DNA of 64,000 nt from Lama guanicoe (lineage: Eukaryota). A program made the position numbers and the translations under genes. Shown in pieces: positions 37,051 through 49,300 of the stretch. The notes beneath the pieces were generated by a model, which saw only the letters and a list, made by a program, of their open reading frames with translations, did not search any database and had not been told where the DNA came from. The stretch covers positions 2,902,161-2,966,160 of the forward strand of contig MU054323.1 in NCBI GenBank assembly GCA_013239625.1. The letters run 5' to 3'. Within the stretch, counting starts at the first letter, position 1; each line of letters starts with the position of its first letter.

Positions 37051-39679
37051 CACCAACTCTGAAAGCCCACGAGTCTATGTACTCCAAAATCCTGAAACGA
37101 GATAAGAAGCTTAAAAAGAGAAGAAATATCTCTGGGATCAAAGTGACCACAGTTTTTTTTTTTATTCCACATGTCATAAAGTACCTTTTGGAGTTTAGGG
37201 CTTTTAATTCTCTAAAGACTTCCAGAAAGAAGGCAGCATGCAGGCACCCCCCTCTTCCTTTACATATGCTTCTTCCTCTTCATTCCATTACCTTCCTCCT
37301 TTTCACTTTCAAGTATCCAGAACTCTCATGCTGCCCAGGACAGAGCACGTCTCATTTGTACCCTGTAGCCATTCTGGTGTCACCCCTTCCCCCAGATGTT
37401 GTATTTTAAGGCAGGTGGTGAGAGACAGTAATGTTTAGCCCAAAGGAATGAACAGCAGTAGTGAAATTCCTAGCACAGTGAGAAAGATTCTCTTATAGAG
37501 ACCCTTCCAGCATCTCCAACCATACCACACAGAGCACCACTGAGCTCCCTGTGGCAAAGCTGGTCCTGCTCTTAAGTAATAACAATACAGTTCTTTTCAG
37601 CAGTTATTTTCCTGGAAAATACACAGATTCATTTACTCATGCTTTGGAGAAAGATTTACAAGTTCTCTTTTGTAAAGAGAAGTCTGTTAAGTGGCTCGAG
37701 TAAGACAGATCATCACTTCTTTGATCCTTGCAGAAACAGGAAGAGAGGTCCCAAGATTCTGACTCACTATCCAATGCCCTGACCCTGAGCAACCCAGCCC
37801 AGTCCTGGTCCAAGAGCAAGCTGGCGCTCTTCTGTCTGCTCTCTCTCCATTGCTTTTGATTTTACACACCCTGAGTCATCTCTGCAGATTCCACGCGACC
37901 AGCTGGGTGGCCAGCATCCAGCTCTGGGTCTCTTGCCTTGATGGATGCGAGTCCTCTCAAGCATCTGCTCAGGGCACCTGCCTCTCCACCCTGAGGAGGA
38001 CCAGCAATGACTCCACCTCCCTTTACCTGTCTTCAGCACTTGGCCCCTGGGGATGTTACTAGCAAAGCTTTCCTTTTCTCGTAATGGATCTGTCTGATTG
38101 TGTAACTGTATCCATTTACTTCTGACAGCATTCTCAGCTTTGTATAATCTCCAAACAGATGAATAATTTTCATTTTGTGCATTTCAATGAGCTTGGAAAG
38201 CATTCAAGGGTTCAGAGGTACAGCTAGGACTATTTCCAGAAAGATGAGTCAAACAATGTCAGAGGTGACTGGGAAAGAGAAGAAAGGGTCCTGCCACACC
38301 TCTCTTGTGAGCCAACAGTTCTGATGTGCACTTCGGGGTCACTGTTTCCAGTTTGCAAATCCTTGGCTGTTGAAATGAAATGTCCGCCTCTTTGTTCTGC
38401 CTCCCACTTTCTCCTCTTCTCTTCCTCCTACTTCTTTCTCCTCCAATTTCCCACCTCCATGCAGAACATTGCCTAATCCTCACTGATAACCCACTAAGCC
38501 TGGCTAAGTCTATTAAGAGATTCCCTTTCTGTAAGCGCTCAGGATCCCGTATGTTTGCCAGCAGTGTGACTGCTTTCTAAGTAAGGATGAATGACCCTTC
38601 CCAAGAATGCAACTGGGAAAGTATCCAGAGGGGACATTTCACCCTTCTTCTCAGGGCTATTACAGTGTCTTAAAAGAATACAAAATTTCCAAAATATCCA
38701 AAATATTCCCAGGACACCTCTCCTAACAATACCAACCCAGAGTGTAGTCCAAAATAAAATGGGATTTGCCTGTACAACATCTTCAAGATATCTTGAAGGT
38801 GTCAAAAACAGCAGGAAGGATCTGACACTCATCAAAGCATTCAGTTAAACAAACCCAAACCCACAGACTCCAGGGGGCTGTAAAAACTACAAGAAGAGAG
38901 GCAAACAGTTCAACTGATCTTGAGTCCAGAGGTGTTGATGACGAGCAGGAGCAGAACCCCTCCTAGACTCAATTACATACTTGGAGCTCTGAAGAGTGGC
39001 ATTAGCCTTGGATCGGTGCTTTGCACAGTGTTGACCGGCATCAGCCAAGTGCTTTGCAGAGATTTAGCAAGAGGATTCTAAGTGTGAACAAACAGTAGAA
39101 ACGACCCTTGGAGCAAGCTGGATGGAGCTCACCTGTCTGTGGGGAGAAGGGAGTGTTGGCTTTGAGGTCTGGTCTGCTCTCTGCTCCTGGAATGACAGCA
39201 AGATGCTCATATGCAGTTTTTGTTCACTGGCATCCGAAGCAGCTTCTGCCTCGAGGGCGGCTTCAGCCACCTGACCAGACAGTGAAAGCCAAGATGCCCC
39301 AAGCTCTTCCCACCTCCTTGCACCACATACACTCTGCCTCCTTCCTCCTTCTCCTCCCACTACTCTGGCTGCTCTTTCCCAGAGGCCCCCTCCCCTGCCC
39401 TCCTTGGACTCCTCCTCTTCTGCACATCCATCACCTTCTTTTATTTTTCAAACTACTCTTTGACCCACTGCTCTTCTCACTCTTCACACCCTTCCTTCAT
39501 TCTCCTGGCTTCAACCCACACACTGAGTCTTCCAAATCCCCAGCTAAGAGCTCTCTCACCCCGTCTTCAGTATCCCAGCACCCACCCCAGACCTGGCATC
39601 CTCACTTCCTGTCGTCTCAGCCCCTTCTGTCAGACTGCTCCACTGCTCCTTCAACCTCTGACCTGGAAGTTTTGCCTAA

Positions 39680-39900
39680 TCAAGAAGGCAGCACAGTGAG
39701 GTGAAAAGCGCAAGGACCTTGAAGGCAGGCAGGGTTTAAGTTCTCCTTCTGCCATTAAAGGGCTGTGTGTCTCTAGTTTACCTGTCTCTTCTTTCAATTT
39801 CCTTGTCTGAACAATGAGACCAAAACTGCAAGGTTGCTATAAAGACTAAGATAATGCATGTGATGTATTCCACATAAGGCTTCATTTATAATCAGCCATA
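39680..39900. mobile_element. MIR SINE, followed by (ATC)/(ATA) simple repeats
   Basis: gaaggcagcacagtgaggtgaaaagcgcaaggaccttgaaggcaggcag...caatttccttgtctg. Confidence 0.6.
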
Positions 39901-41719
39901 AACAAGTGATATCATCATCATCATAATCATAATATACAATGATAATAATAATAATACAAAAGCCACTGCTGCAGCAACCATAAAAATAAATAACCTCTGG
40001 AGATTGCCACGCCCCTCTGCCCACCCTTCTGCCTCCAGCCCCAGTTGGACGTGCACTGTCAGGCATCCTCAAAGCCTCTGCATCCTCCTGCTCTTGTCCC
40101 CCTCAGGCTCCTCTCCACCTCCTGTGTGCTCTCATAATTACAGTAAACCTCTTTACCTACGCCCAAGGAACCCAAATATGAGACAGGAAGTTCCACTAAT
40201 AACCAAAAATATCAGATGTTCAACAGGCAACAAACCTATTTCTCCATTGGCTTCTCAAAAAGCTCATTTCCGAACCCCCCCTCTGCTCTCAGCTCCCTGG
40301 GTAGGTCAGTACAGCTGCCCTGGCTCCGGGCCCTGGGGATGGCTCGTAAAGCAAGGGGCTTCCGTGGGGCTCAAAAGGGGAAAGAGGACACAGCAGAACT
40401 GAAGACAGCAGAGATGCCCCCAGAGGCACACACTGCATCCTTGACTACGGAGCCAAAGACTCTTGAAATGGACCTTGCGGTCCACCCGTTATCAACCACA
40501 AAAGGTAAGGGTGGCACCCTAATGCCCCTTGGAAACACAACAGAATAGTTGATCTTGACCCTATAGAAAATTTGGGGGTCTTTATCTTTTCAGTTTGAAG
40601 GTATTTTCATTTCTTAACTTTTAATACCATTAAATTAACTGGATTTCTGAACTTTTCACCAACTTACCTTTCCCAGCTTCAGGTGATACCCCCAACCCCT
40701 GCATTCCAGAATTCCACAATTTGGTGAACAAAGACATGGTAATGCTATCCACACCCCTCATGCCTTCACAGAGACTCATCCCACCCTCCAGCCCTCTTCA
40801 TCTTCTTGATAAGAAGAGCCATATTCTGAGAAAGCACTATGGTCCTAATTGAACTGGAGCTTAGCACAGGGTCAGGCACCTGGAGCTTATCAAGTTCCCA
40901 GTATGGTAGCTGACTCTGTAGACATCACCTAAAATAGTGTCCCCCAACCATTTTCTTTTCTTGGTACACAGAAAAAATACCTTTTGCATGGCTCCCCAGG
41001 GGTAAATGGACAATACTGCTCACAGCAAGAGGTAACTAAGCCACAGCTCTGGAGGGCCCCAGGACCTGCGTGGCTGCCCTCAGAAATTAAGGCGAGCCAC
41101 ACCCCAGACACATCTGTGATCCATCTGTAGCAATTCAGCATGCCCTGGCACCCCCGCTGAGAAGCACTACCTAAAAAATTGTCTTATTGCCTAAGAGACC
41201 GATAGCATGTTCATGCCTTTAAATAAGATCTCCTCTTCAGAAAGCCCCAAGTCTATTTTTCACCTCTGTGTTGGCTTCTCTGCAATATGTTTCCCATTGA
41301 GCAGTCAGTACTTTGTCACACTCAGCAAGGAAGGTGGCCTGGTGGCCGCGCTCAGGAATCAGGAGCCCTGTGGACTCTGAATTTATGATTCAGCAGCCAC
41401 GGCTTCTGACTCACTTGCATTAGATGGCCTGCGGAAAACCACTGGACTCTGACAGGCCCTAATCGGACAGGCCAGCAAATGATACCAGAATAGGTTTCTA
41501 CTGGAAATCAAACACTATGTGAAAATGGAGACTTCCTGAGCAGATATTAAAAGCAAGCTGTACGGGAGTAGCATGACGAAAGCCTTATGTTGAACCTCTG
41601 CAGGTTCAAGACGGAAAATAACCTGCGCTATCACACAGCGCCACAGTCTTGCACTCTATGAACTGCTGAGCTGTGTCCACAAAGGCACTTGGCAACTGCC
41701 CTTTCTGTGTCACAGGCAT

Positions 41720-41870
41720 CAAGCTGTAACATCTGTGGACCCTGAAGCCAGGCAGAGCTGGGGTGGAGTCCAGGTTCTAACACACCCAAGCTGTGTGATG
41801 TCGGGCAGGTAATTCCACTTCCTCAAGTCTCAGCTGTCTTATCTGTAAAATGGGAATGAATGCATCCTCC
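41720..41870. mobile_element. MIR SINE
   Basis: gctgtgtgatgtcgggcaggtaattccacttcctcaagtctcagctgtcttatctgtaaaatgggaatga. Confidence 0.8.
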
Positions 41871-43214
41871 TAATTATCTCCATAGATACCAAAACAAAAA
41901 AAATTTGACAAAAATCAGCAGTGATTCTTGACTTTTTTAAAAAAAAAAACACCAATTAAGAAAGGAAAAGATGCTAGTTCTTAACAAAAGCTCAATGGAT
42001 TAAACACTAGAGACTATCCTTCTGAAGCCAAGAATAATGCAGGATACTGCCTACCCCCATCATTACCACAGTGTCACACTGTAACACAGGTATTCACAGA
42101 AAAAATATTAGGTACAAAAATTGGAAGGAAGCAGTTCAGTTTCACACCAACATGGAGTAAGAGCACTTTTTCCTATTTCTTCTGTTAAAAAAAAAATCCC
42201 TCCTTTTCAGTCCTGCTAAAATGTTTCTTCTATGCCTCCTGATAAAAACCCTGAGCATTACACATAATAACAAACAAAAGAACTCTGAAAGGTGGAGAGA
42301 AGAATTCAGACTGGCTAAGGAACTTGAAACCCAAGGAACACCACGACAGCGAGTCCCCTGGGGTTTCTTTTTGACTCATATACCCCAGCCTGGGTGCTGG
42401 AGAAGCCAACAACCCAGAAACATCAATGAGAACAAACCAAAAAAGAAAGCCCCCAAAGTCAAGTCTCTCTAGAGAAAGGGACAGGAAAACAACCTAGCAG
42501 GACAGAAGTGTGTAGACAATAACCTCCCCACCCCAGAGAAACACCACGGAAAAAAACATGACTGCACCTTCACCCCCATCAGCAGAGGCTGAGTGGGGAG
42601 CCTAGACCTTCACCGGGATGTAATGTGGAGCCCCAGTCTTCCACCAACATGACCACACTGCAAGTGTGGTATCAGAGAAGACCAAGTAGGAAGCAGGATT
42701 TTCATCCATGCCTGGCTGTAACGAGCCCCTTCCCCAAGGAATCAGTGAGAGCCATGTGGGAATCCTGAACTTCTACCCCAACAAAAGGTAACGAGGTGTC
42801 CCTTCCCATCCGGTCTAGAGGAGGGTCAGGACTTTCAACACTATCCTGTGAAAACAAGGACTCCTCACCTGTGTGTGGTGTCAGTGGAGGCCATGGGGAT
42901 CAGAAACAAGGACCCCTTTCCTCCTAACTAGGGTGGTATCAACAGAGGCACAGAGCGGAACCTGAATTCCCACTCCTACCCAAGGAGGAACAAGTTGCCC
43001 TCCCCTCACTCTCACCCTCACCCACATCCCCATTCCAGGGTGTCAGTGGAGGACAAGTAGGGAGTTAGGACTTCCACATCCACCTGGCAGTAATGAGGCA
43101 GGACCCTCACTCCCCTTGTTGTGTAATGTCAAAGTTTTCTAAAATAGACTTAAATAAAATCTAGATCCTCATAAAACCAAAAATGTCCAGGATACAATCA
43201 AAAATCATTCAGCA

Positions 43215-43542
43215 AGTCCCAGAACATCTCTTCTGTGACATTCTATTGGTCAGACAGGTCACTGAGTCCAACCCAGATTCAAAAAGAGAGTAATCTTGAC
43301 CCCACCTCTTGATATGAAGGGCAGCATATACAGAGAGGAAAGTAATTGGTGGGAGACATCTCTGGATACTATTTACCATGGTTCATCTTCTGGTCACCAC
43401 AATTTACATCTTTCTCATATGCAAAATGGACTCACCCCGCTCCCAAGATCCCCTACAGTCATATTTTATTACAGAATCCGCTTAAAGTCCAGGACCTCCT
43501 CATTTAAATTACAGCCAAGTACAGATGATGTCATTTCCTGGG
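43215..43542. mobile_element. MaLR (MLT1-type) fragment, part of an inserted chimera
   Basis: catctcttctgtgacattctattggtc...gtcactgagtccaacccagattcaa...accccacctcttgat. Confidence 0.7.
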
Positions 43543-43544
43543 TA

Positions 43545-43826
43545 CAGGCACATCTCGTTTTACTGCATTTTGCTTTACTGCGCTTCACAGATATTGCATT
43601 TTTAACAAATTGAAGGTTTGCGGCAACCCTGCAGCAAGCAAGTCTACTGGCCCCATTTTCCCAGCAGCATTTGCTCACTTCATGTTTCTGTGTCACATTT
43701 TGGTAATTCTTGCAATATTTTAAACTTTTTCATTATTATATTTGTTAAGGTGATCTGCGATCAGTGATCTTTGATGTTACAACTGTAATTGTTTCGGCAT
43801 TTTTAGCAATACAATATTTTTAGTTA
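43545..43826 (+). mobile_element. Tigger1-derived fragment (5' end joined to a near-3' segment; right TIR missing)
   Basis: TA|caggcacatctcgttttactgc...acaaattgaaggtttgcggcaaccctgc...tgtgtcacattttggtaattc matches the Tigger1 5' end (recalled). Confidence 0.85.
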
Positions 43827-45559
43827 AAAAAAACATTCAGCATACCAAAACCAGAAAAATTTCGACTTGAGTAAGTAAAGACAATCAACAGATGCCAAAA
43901 CCAACATGACAAAGATGTTGGAATTATCTAAAAAGTATTTTAAAGTAACCATCATGAAAATACTTCAATGAGCACACTCATAAGAAATGAAAAAACAGTA
44001 AGTCTCACCAAGAAATAAAATATATAAAATATATTTTATACCAACTGGATATTTTAGAACTGAAGAATATGATAGCCAAAACAAAAACTCAGTGGATGGT
44101 CTCAAAAGCAGAATGGCAAAAATCAGAGGAAAGAATCAGTGAACTTAAAGACAGAACAGTAGAAATTACCCAATCTAAACGACTAGAGGAACCAGGCTGA
44201 AAAAATTAACAGAGCCTCAGGAGCATGTGGACAAGAACAGAAGGTCTCATATTTCTATTTTCAGAATCTCAACAGGAAAGGAAAAAGGAGTTTGGTAAAA
44301 AGTACTAAAAAAATAATAATGCTGAAAATTTCCCAAATTTGGCAAAAGATGTAAAACTTCCAGATTCCAGATTTTGAGAAACTCCAAATAAGATAAACTC
44401 AAAGCAATCCACACCAAGACACATTATAATAAAACTTCTCAAATTAAAGGCAAAGAAAATACTTCAAAAGCAATGAGAGAAAAGCAACACCTTATCTATA
44501 TGGTAAAACAATTCAATTGACAATAGATTCCTCATCAGAAATCATGAAGTCCTGAAGAAAGTGAAGAAACATCTTTCAAGCCCTGAAAGGAAAGAACTGT
44601 CAACTCCAAATTCTATAGCCTGCAAATTTCTCTCTCAGACACAAAAGGAAATCAAGACATTCTCAGCTAAGTGAGGGAAAACTAAGAGCGTCTGTTACTA
44701 GCAGTCTATCCTGTAAGAATGGTTAACAGAATTTCTCTAAACAGAAAGAAAATGACTTTAAAAAGGGAATCTTAGAACATCAGGAAGGAAGGAAGAACGA
44801 ACAATGGAAAGAGCAAAAATATTGGTAAATACCAGACTTTCTTTCTCTTAAGTTTTCCAAACATTGTCTGATGTGGTTCTCAAAGTATATAGAAGAAACA
44901 TTTAAGATAATGTTAAGTTGGGGAAGAGGTGTGGTAGAGACTTAAAGAAAGAAAAGGTGTCTATACTTAACTCAAACTGGTAGATTGTCATGTTATTTAT
45001 GCATATTTAATGACTTCAACAACCACTAAAAATTTTATTCAAAAAGATATATTCATACACACCACAATTATATCAAAATAAAATTCTAAAAATAAGTTTA
45101 ACCCACAAGAAGGGAAAAAAACAGAGAAATGAAATATAGAGGAACAAACAGAAGGCAAAAAATATAAAACGTCCAACTTAATCCTTAACATATAATCACA
45201 TTAAGCGTAAATGGTCTAAACACACCAACTAACAGACAAAGATCAGCAGAGTGGCTAAAAAAACATATCCAACCAGGTACTATCTACAATAAACTCACTT
45301 CACATATAATGATATAGGTAGGTTGAAATTAAAAGGATAGAAAAAGATACACTATGCAAATCTAAGTCAAAAGAAAGCAGGAGTGGCTATATTACCATCA
45401 GGTCAAGTAGACATTAGAGCAAAGATAATTACCAGGGACAGAATGGGACAGTGTTTAATAATAAAGGGGTCATCCCAACAAGAAGACATAGCAATCTTAT
45501 TTATGAGTAACTGGGATCCTTGTAATTTTGTATCATATCTTGCCATTTGCTCAAGTCTC

Positions 45560-45815
45560 CTTTTGTCCATTTGTAATGTCACAATTTTTTCATTTAGTCT
45601 ATGCTCATTTCTTAAATTGTGAGCACCACAGTAAGTTAACAAATATTTTGAGAGATAACTTGAGGTGATGAAAAATCCTGTTTCTCCTTAAAGTTTCATC
45701 CACTTTAGCATTAATCTGTATCTTGCCTGCAGCAAATATCACTGTGATGTTCTAAAGGATATGTTCTATTTCCCTTGTTTCTTCTACATGTATTAATTGG
45801 AATTTTTCTGTGGAT
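45560..45815 (-). mobile_element. L1MC4/5-like 3' fragment
   Basis: aaatcctgtttctccttaaagtttcatccac...tcttgcctgcagcaaatatcactgtgatgttc...ttaattggaatttttctgt. Confidence 0.6.
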
Positions 45816-46074
45816 TCTTTTTTATAACTACATAGTAGTCATTTGTAAAGATGAAACCTAGCTTATATAAACAGGCCTGTATTATGAGCACTTAAAATTG
45901 TTTTTGCTATAATAGACAATGCAATAAACCAATTGTATCTTTGCATACTAAAGAATTTATAACTCACACTTAGAAAAGTATATCTTAGCACTTATATCTG
46001 CAACCAGAAATTCTGAAATAATGAGAAATGCATTTGTAATTTTATTACATGATGCCAAATTTCCCACCATAAGG

Positions 46075-47020
46075 ACATACCACGAGAAATTTGATCTAAC
46101 AGATGAATACAGGACATTAAATCCAAGGACTAGAGAATACACATTATTTCCAAGTACACATACAAGGAACATTTATGAAAACAGACACACATTTGGCCAT
46201 AAAATAAACCACAATATACTTCACAGTACTGGTGTCACATTCTCTGATCTGCTTAGACTACAATACAATAAAATTAAAAATTCAATAGAAAGATAACTAG
46301 AAACACCCATAGGTTTGGGAATTAAGAAATGGGTATCTAATTGAGGGGTCAAAGGCAAAATTAGAATATTTCAGAACTGCATGATAAAAAAGCAACTAAA
46401 ATACCATGTGAGACATAGATAAGATGAGGATAAGTCTGGTTTAATAGGAAAACTTCGAGGCCAAAATGCCTTTAAGAGAAAAGGGAAAAGGCTGAATGTT
46501 AATGAACTAACCATTCAGTTAAAAACTAAGAGAAAATGATAGGATGAATCTAAAGAAAGTAGAAAAAAGAAAAGAATAAAAATTATAAATAAAAATTAAT
46601 AAAATATAAAAAAAAAAAAGCCAGTAGTTAGTTCTTTAAAAAGCCCAGTGAAATCAACAATCTTCTGGTAAGACTGTTTCCCAAAAAAATCAAGGCACCT
46701 GGCATAGGTAAACATTAGGAAAGAAAAAATGCAGCATAAGTTCAAATGAATACCTTCATACCAATAACTCTGATAACAGAGAAAATTAACAAGTTCCTAG
46801 AAAAACACAACTTGCCAAAATTGACTCAAGAACAAAATAAACTTTAACTGTCAAAAAACTGATAAATAAATGGAATCTGAATTTTAAATACCTCATACTA
46901 ACATATACACTCACAGAACATAACCCATCACACCAGGCCCAGATGATTTACAAACAAGATCTACCAAACATTTATAGAACAAAGAATTACAGTCTTAGAG
47001 AAAATGTTCCAGGGAATAGT
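46075..47020 (+). mobile_element. Old L1 ORF2 fragment (endonuclease to linker region)
   Basis: aatttgatctaacagatgaatacaggacatta...agagaatacacattatttccaagtacaca...ttcctagaaaaacacaacttgccaaaattgactcaaga...ccaggcccagatgattt. Confidence 0.8.
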
Positions 47021-48332
47021 AAAATTCAATAGAATGCTTTCTTTCTAGCAAAGTCATTTACATTGAAGGCCTGAGAATTGCGGGAAGAGGTCAGAAGCAG
47101 GAAGAGCCCCCTAAAGCATCTGTTAATAAAAACAGGTATTAGGGATATTACAGGAGTTAAATGAACAGAATTTAGCAACTGCTTTTGTAATATTCAGTAT
47201 ACTGAGGCAGAAAAAAATCAGGCAGCGCATACCCATCTTAAATTACTATATATCACCATATAGGAAGGAGGAGACATGTCAAAAAAACTCATGGAGAATA
47301 CCTCACCCTTCATTCCTGGAAGGAGCTAGCACTTTAACCTTATGCAGAAATGTGTACACAAATATAGAAATATCGCCCTATTTCTATATCCTATAGTGGC
47401 TTCTACAGCAGTGTGCCTGATGCAAACTCCTGTCTGGTGTAGCTAAAGAGCGAGCCCCTTGTCGGTCCACCCTGGATTCTGCTTGTTTTTATTCAAGTTC
47501 CTCTTCTTGTCCCACGGGGTTCTGGTGACCATGGTCCACCACCAGGTTCGGCACTGTACACTCAGCATCACTCTAAATGAAGCATGCCTCTTCCAGGTGT
47601 GTGGCCGCTCAGCTTCCATCAGAGGTCTCCTTGCATTCTCTGCTCTGCTGCTCCCTCAGTGCACGAGGTCACTTTTGTGTCAGCGAGGACAGCCAGGGCC
47701 ATGCTTCAGGGCCTCGAGAATAGCGGAGTAGAGATGGATTCCTCCTTCACTCCTCCTCCTACTCTTGAACCCTGGACAGGAGTCTAGTGTGGCACTGGGG
47801 TAACTCCTCCCCTCACTTCCCATGACCTGGCTTGGGGGAGGAGGACAGAGTTAACTGCCCATGTTTGTAGGCTCACAACCATGGGTTCTGGCTTCAGCTG
47901 CTGCTAACCCAGACTGGTTGCTGATGCCCTCTGCGTTGCTGGGAGAGACTAGCCAGGATTTCACTGCAATGCCCACAAAGACAATGACCCTGGCCCAGGT
48001 ATCTCATCCCCATCTCCCTCCCCAGTCCTCGGCTTATGAAGTTTAGGGATGGGGTGGGTAAAGGTGTCCGTCATGGAAGTACAGACAGTTTTGCCAACTG
48101 TTAGCAAGCTCTGGTCAAGGAGGGGACAGTGGGTGCACAGGAGTCCGACTGCTTGCTGATAATTGTCTTGAATGGTGCCAGAGGGTTTCCACTGGGGACC
48201 TGAGTGCCAACTCCAGGCTCAGAGCTAAAACTCTATAGTATATACACCCAGGAGTCAGGGGGTACAGTCATCTCTCCAAGGATTTAAATTCAAAGAGTCC
48301 CATCTTCTGCCATGTGGTTCACGCTGGGCAAG

Positions 48333-49300
48333 CAGGGCAAATGCTCTGTCAGCCCCACGGAGCCCTGAGATCTGAAGGGGAGCCCATGCATAGGAGTTAA
48401 TGCTGGGAAGTTACCGTTCTGAAATTCTTAGTTGTTTTATCTCTGAATATCTGTTTTGATAAGTGGTATGGGTTGAACTGTGTCCCCTGAAATTTCTGTT
48501 AAAGCACTAACTCCCAGCACCTCAGAACGTGACCTTATTTGGAAATAAGGCTGCTGCAGATATAATTAGTTAAATTAAGATGAAGTCATACTGGAATGAG
48601 GTGGGACTGAATCCAACATGTCTGATGGCCTTATAAAAAGGGGAAATTTGAACACAGACAGACACATACAGAAAGAAGAGGATGCAAAGGCACAGGGAGA
48701 CCACCTTCTACAACTCAAAGTCCATCTAAGACCACCAGGAGCTGGGAGAGGGGCATGGCACAGTTTCTCCCCTACAGCCCGCAAAAGGAACCAACCCTGC
48801 AGACACTTGATCTTAGCTGTCTGGCCTCCAGAACTATAAGATAATAAATTCTGTTGTCTAAGCCACGCAAATGTGCTACTTGTTACGGCAGTCATAAGAA
48901 GCTAATACAGTAACACAGTCCGATGGGGGACAATGGGTCATGCATCAGAGGCTTAGCGCCTACTGCCACCTCCCTGACTCCCCTGAATGGATTCTGGGCT
49001 GTCCCCTCCCCTGCCTCTACTCAGTGACCCCCTGCTACCCTTCTCTCCAATCCACACAGGAAGAGTTGGGGGTACGTGCATCTCAGGCAAAAGTCACAGT
49101 GCCCACACTAAATGAGGGCTGCACTTGCCCTGCTAGTAGCCCCTTGACCTAGAGAGAGGGAAACTAAATAGCAAGTAAAACCCACATTAGGTTTAAAGAA
49201 AGAGTATGGAAACAAGGAAAATCTTTTTTTCTGCTTTTTGAACAGGGGGCCCGCATTTCCCTTTGCACAGGAACTCCACAAATGGTGCAGCCAGTTTTGC
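48333..49300. mobile_element. hAT-Tip100 (Zaphod/MER91-like) element interrupted by an MLT1 LTR
   Basis: gttctgaaattcttagttgttttatctctgaa...agtccgatgggggacaatgg...tttttgaacagggggcccgcatttccctttgcacagg. Confidence 0.6.
48464..48909 (+). mobile_element. MLT1B/C-type MaLR solo LTR
   Basis: tggtatgggttgaactgtgtcccc...cctcagaacgtgaccttatttggaaataagg...ctggcctccagaactataagataataaattctgttgtctaagccac...ctaataca. Confidence 0.9.

Larger units (their letters stand above)
42130..45500 (+). mobile_element. Old L1MC/L1MD-type element: 5' UTR, ORF1 and start of ORF2, decayed, interrupted at 43215-43830
   Basis: Repeated ggtgtcagtggagg-type 5' UTR units; ORF1-like aaagaactgtcaactccaaattctatagcctgcaaa; ORF2 start cattaagcgtaaatggtctaaacacacca...gaaagcaggagtggctatatta. 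Confidence 0.85.

Noticed and set aside
39108..39704. 198-aa Leu/Pro/Ser-rich ORF
   Set aside because: By-product of a C/T-rich tract that lacks stop codons; ends in a MIR; no homology recognised.
42560..43130. Degenerate tandem units (ggtgtcagtggagg…) that could suggest an array
   Set aside because: Located in the 5' UTR of an old L1, where such repeated units are expected; no repeat-spacer architecture and no cas genes.
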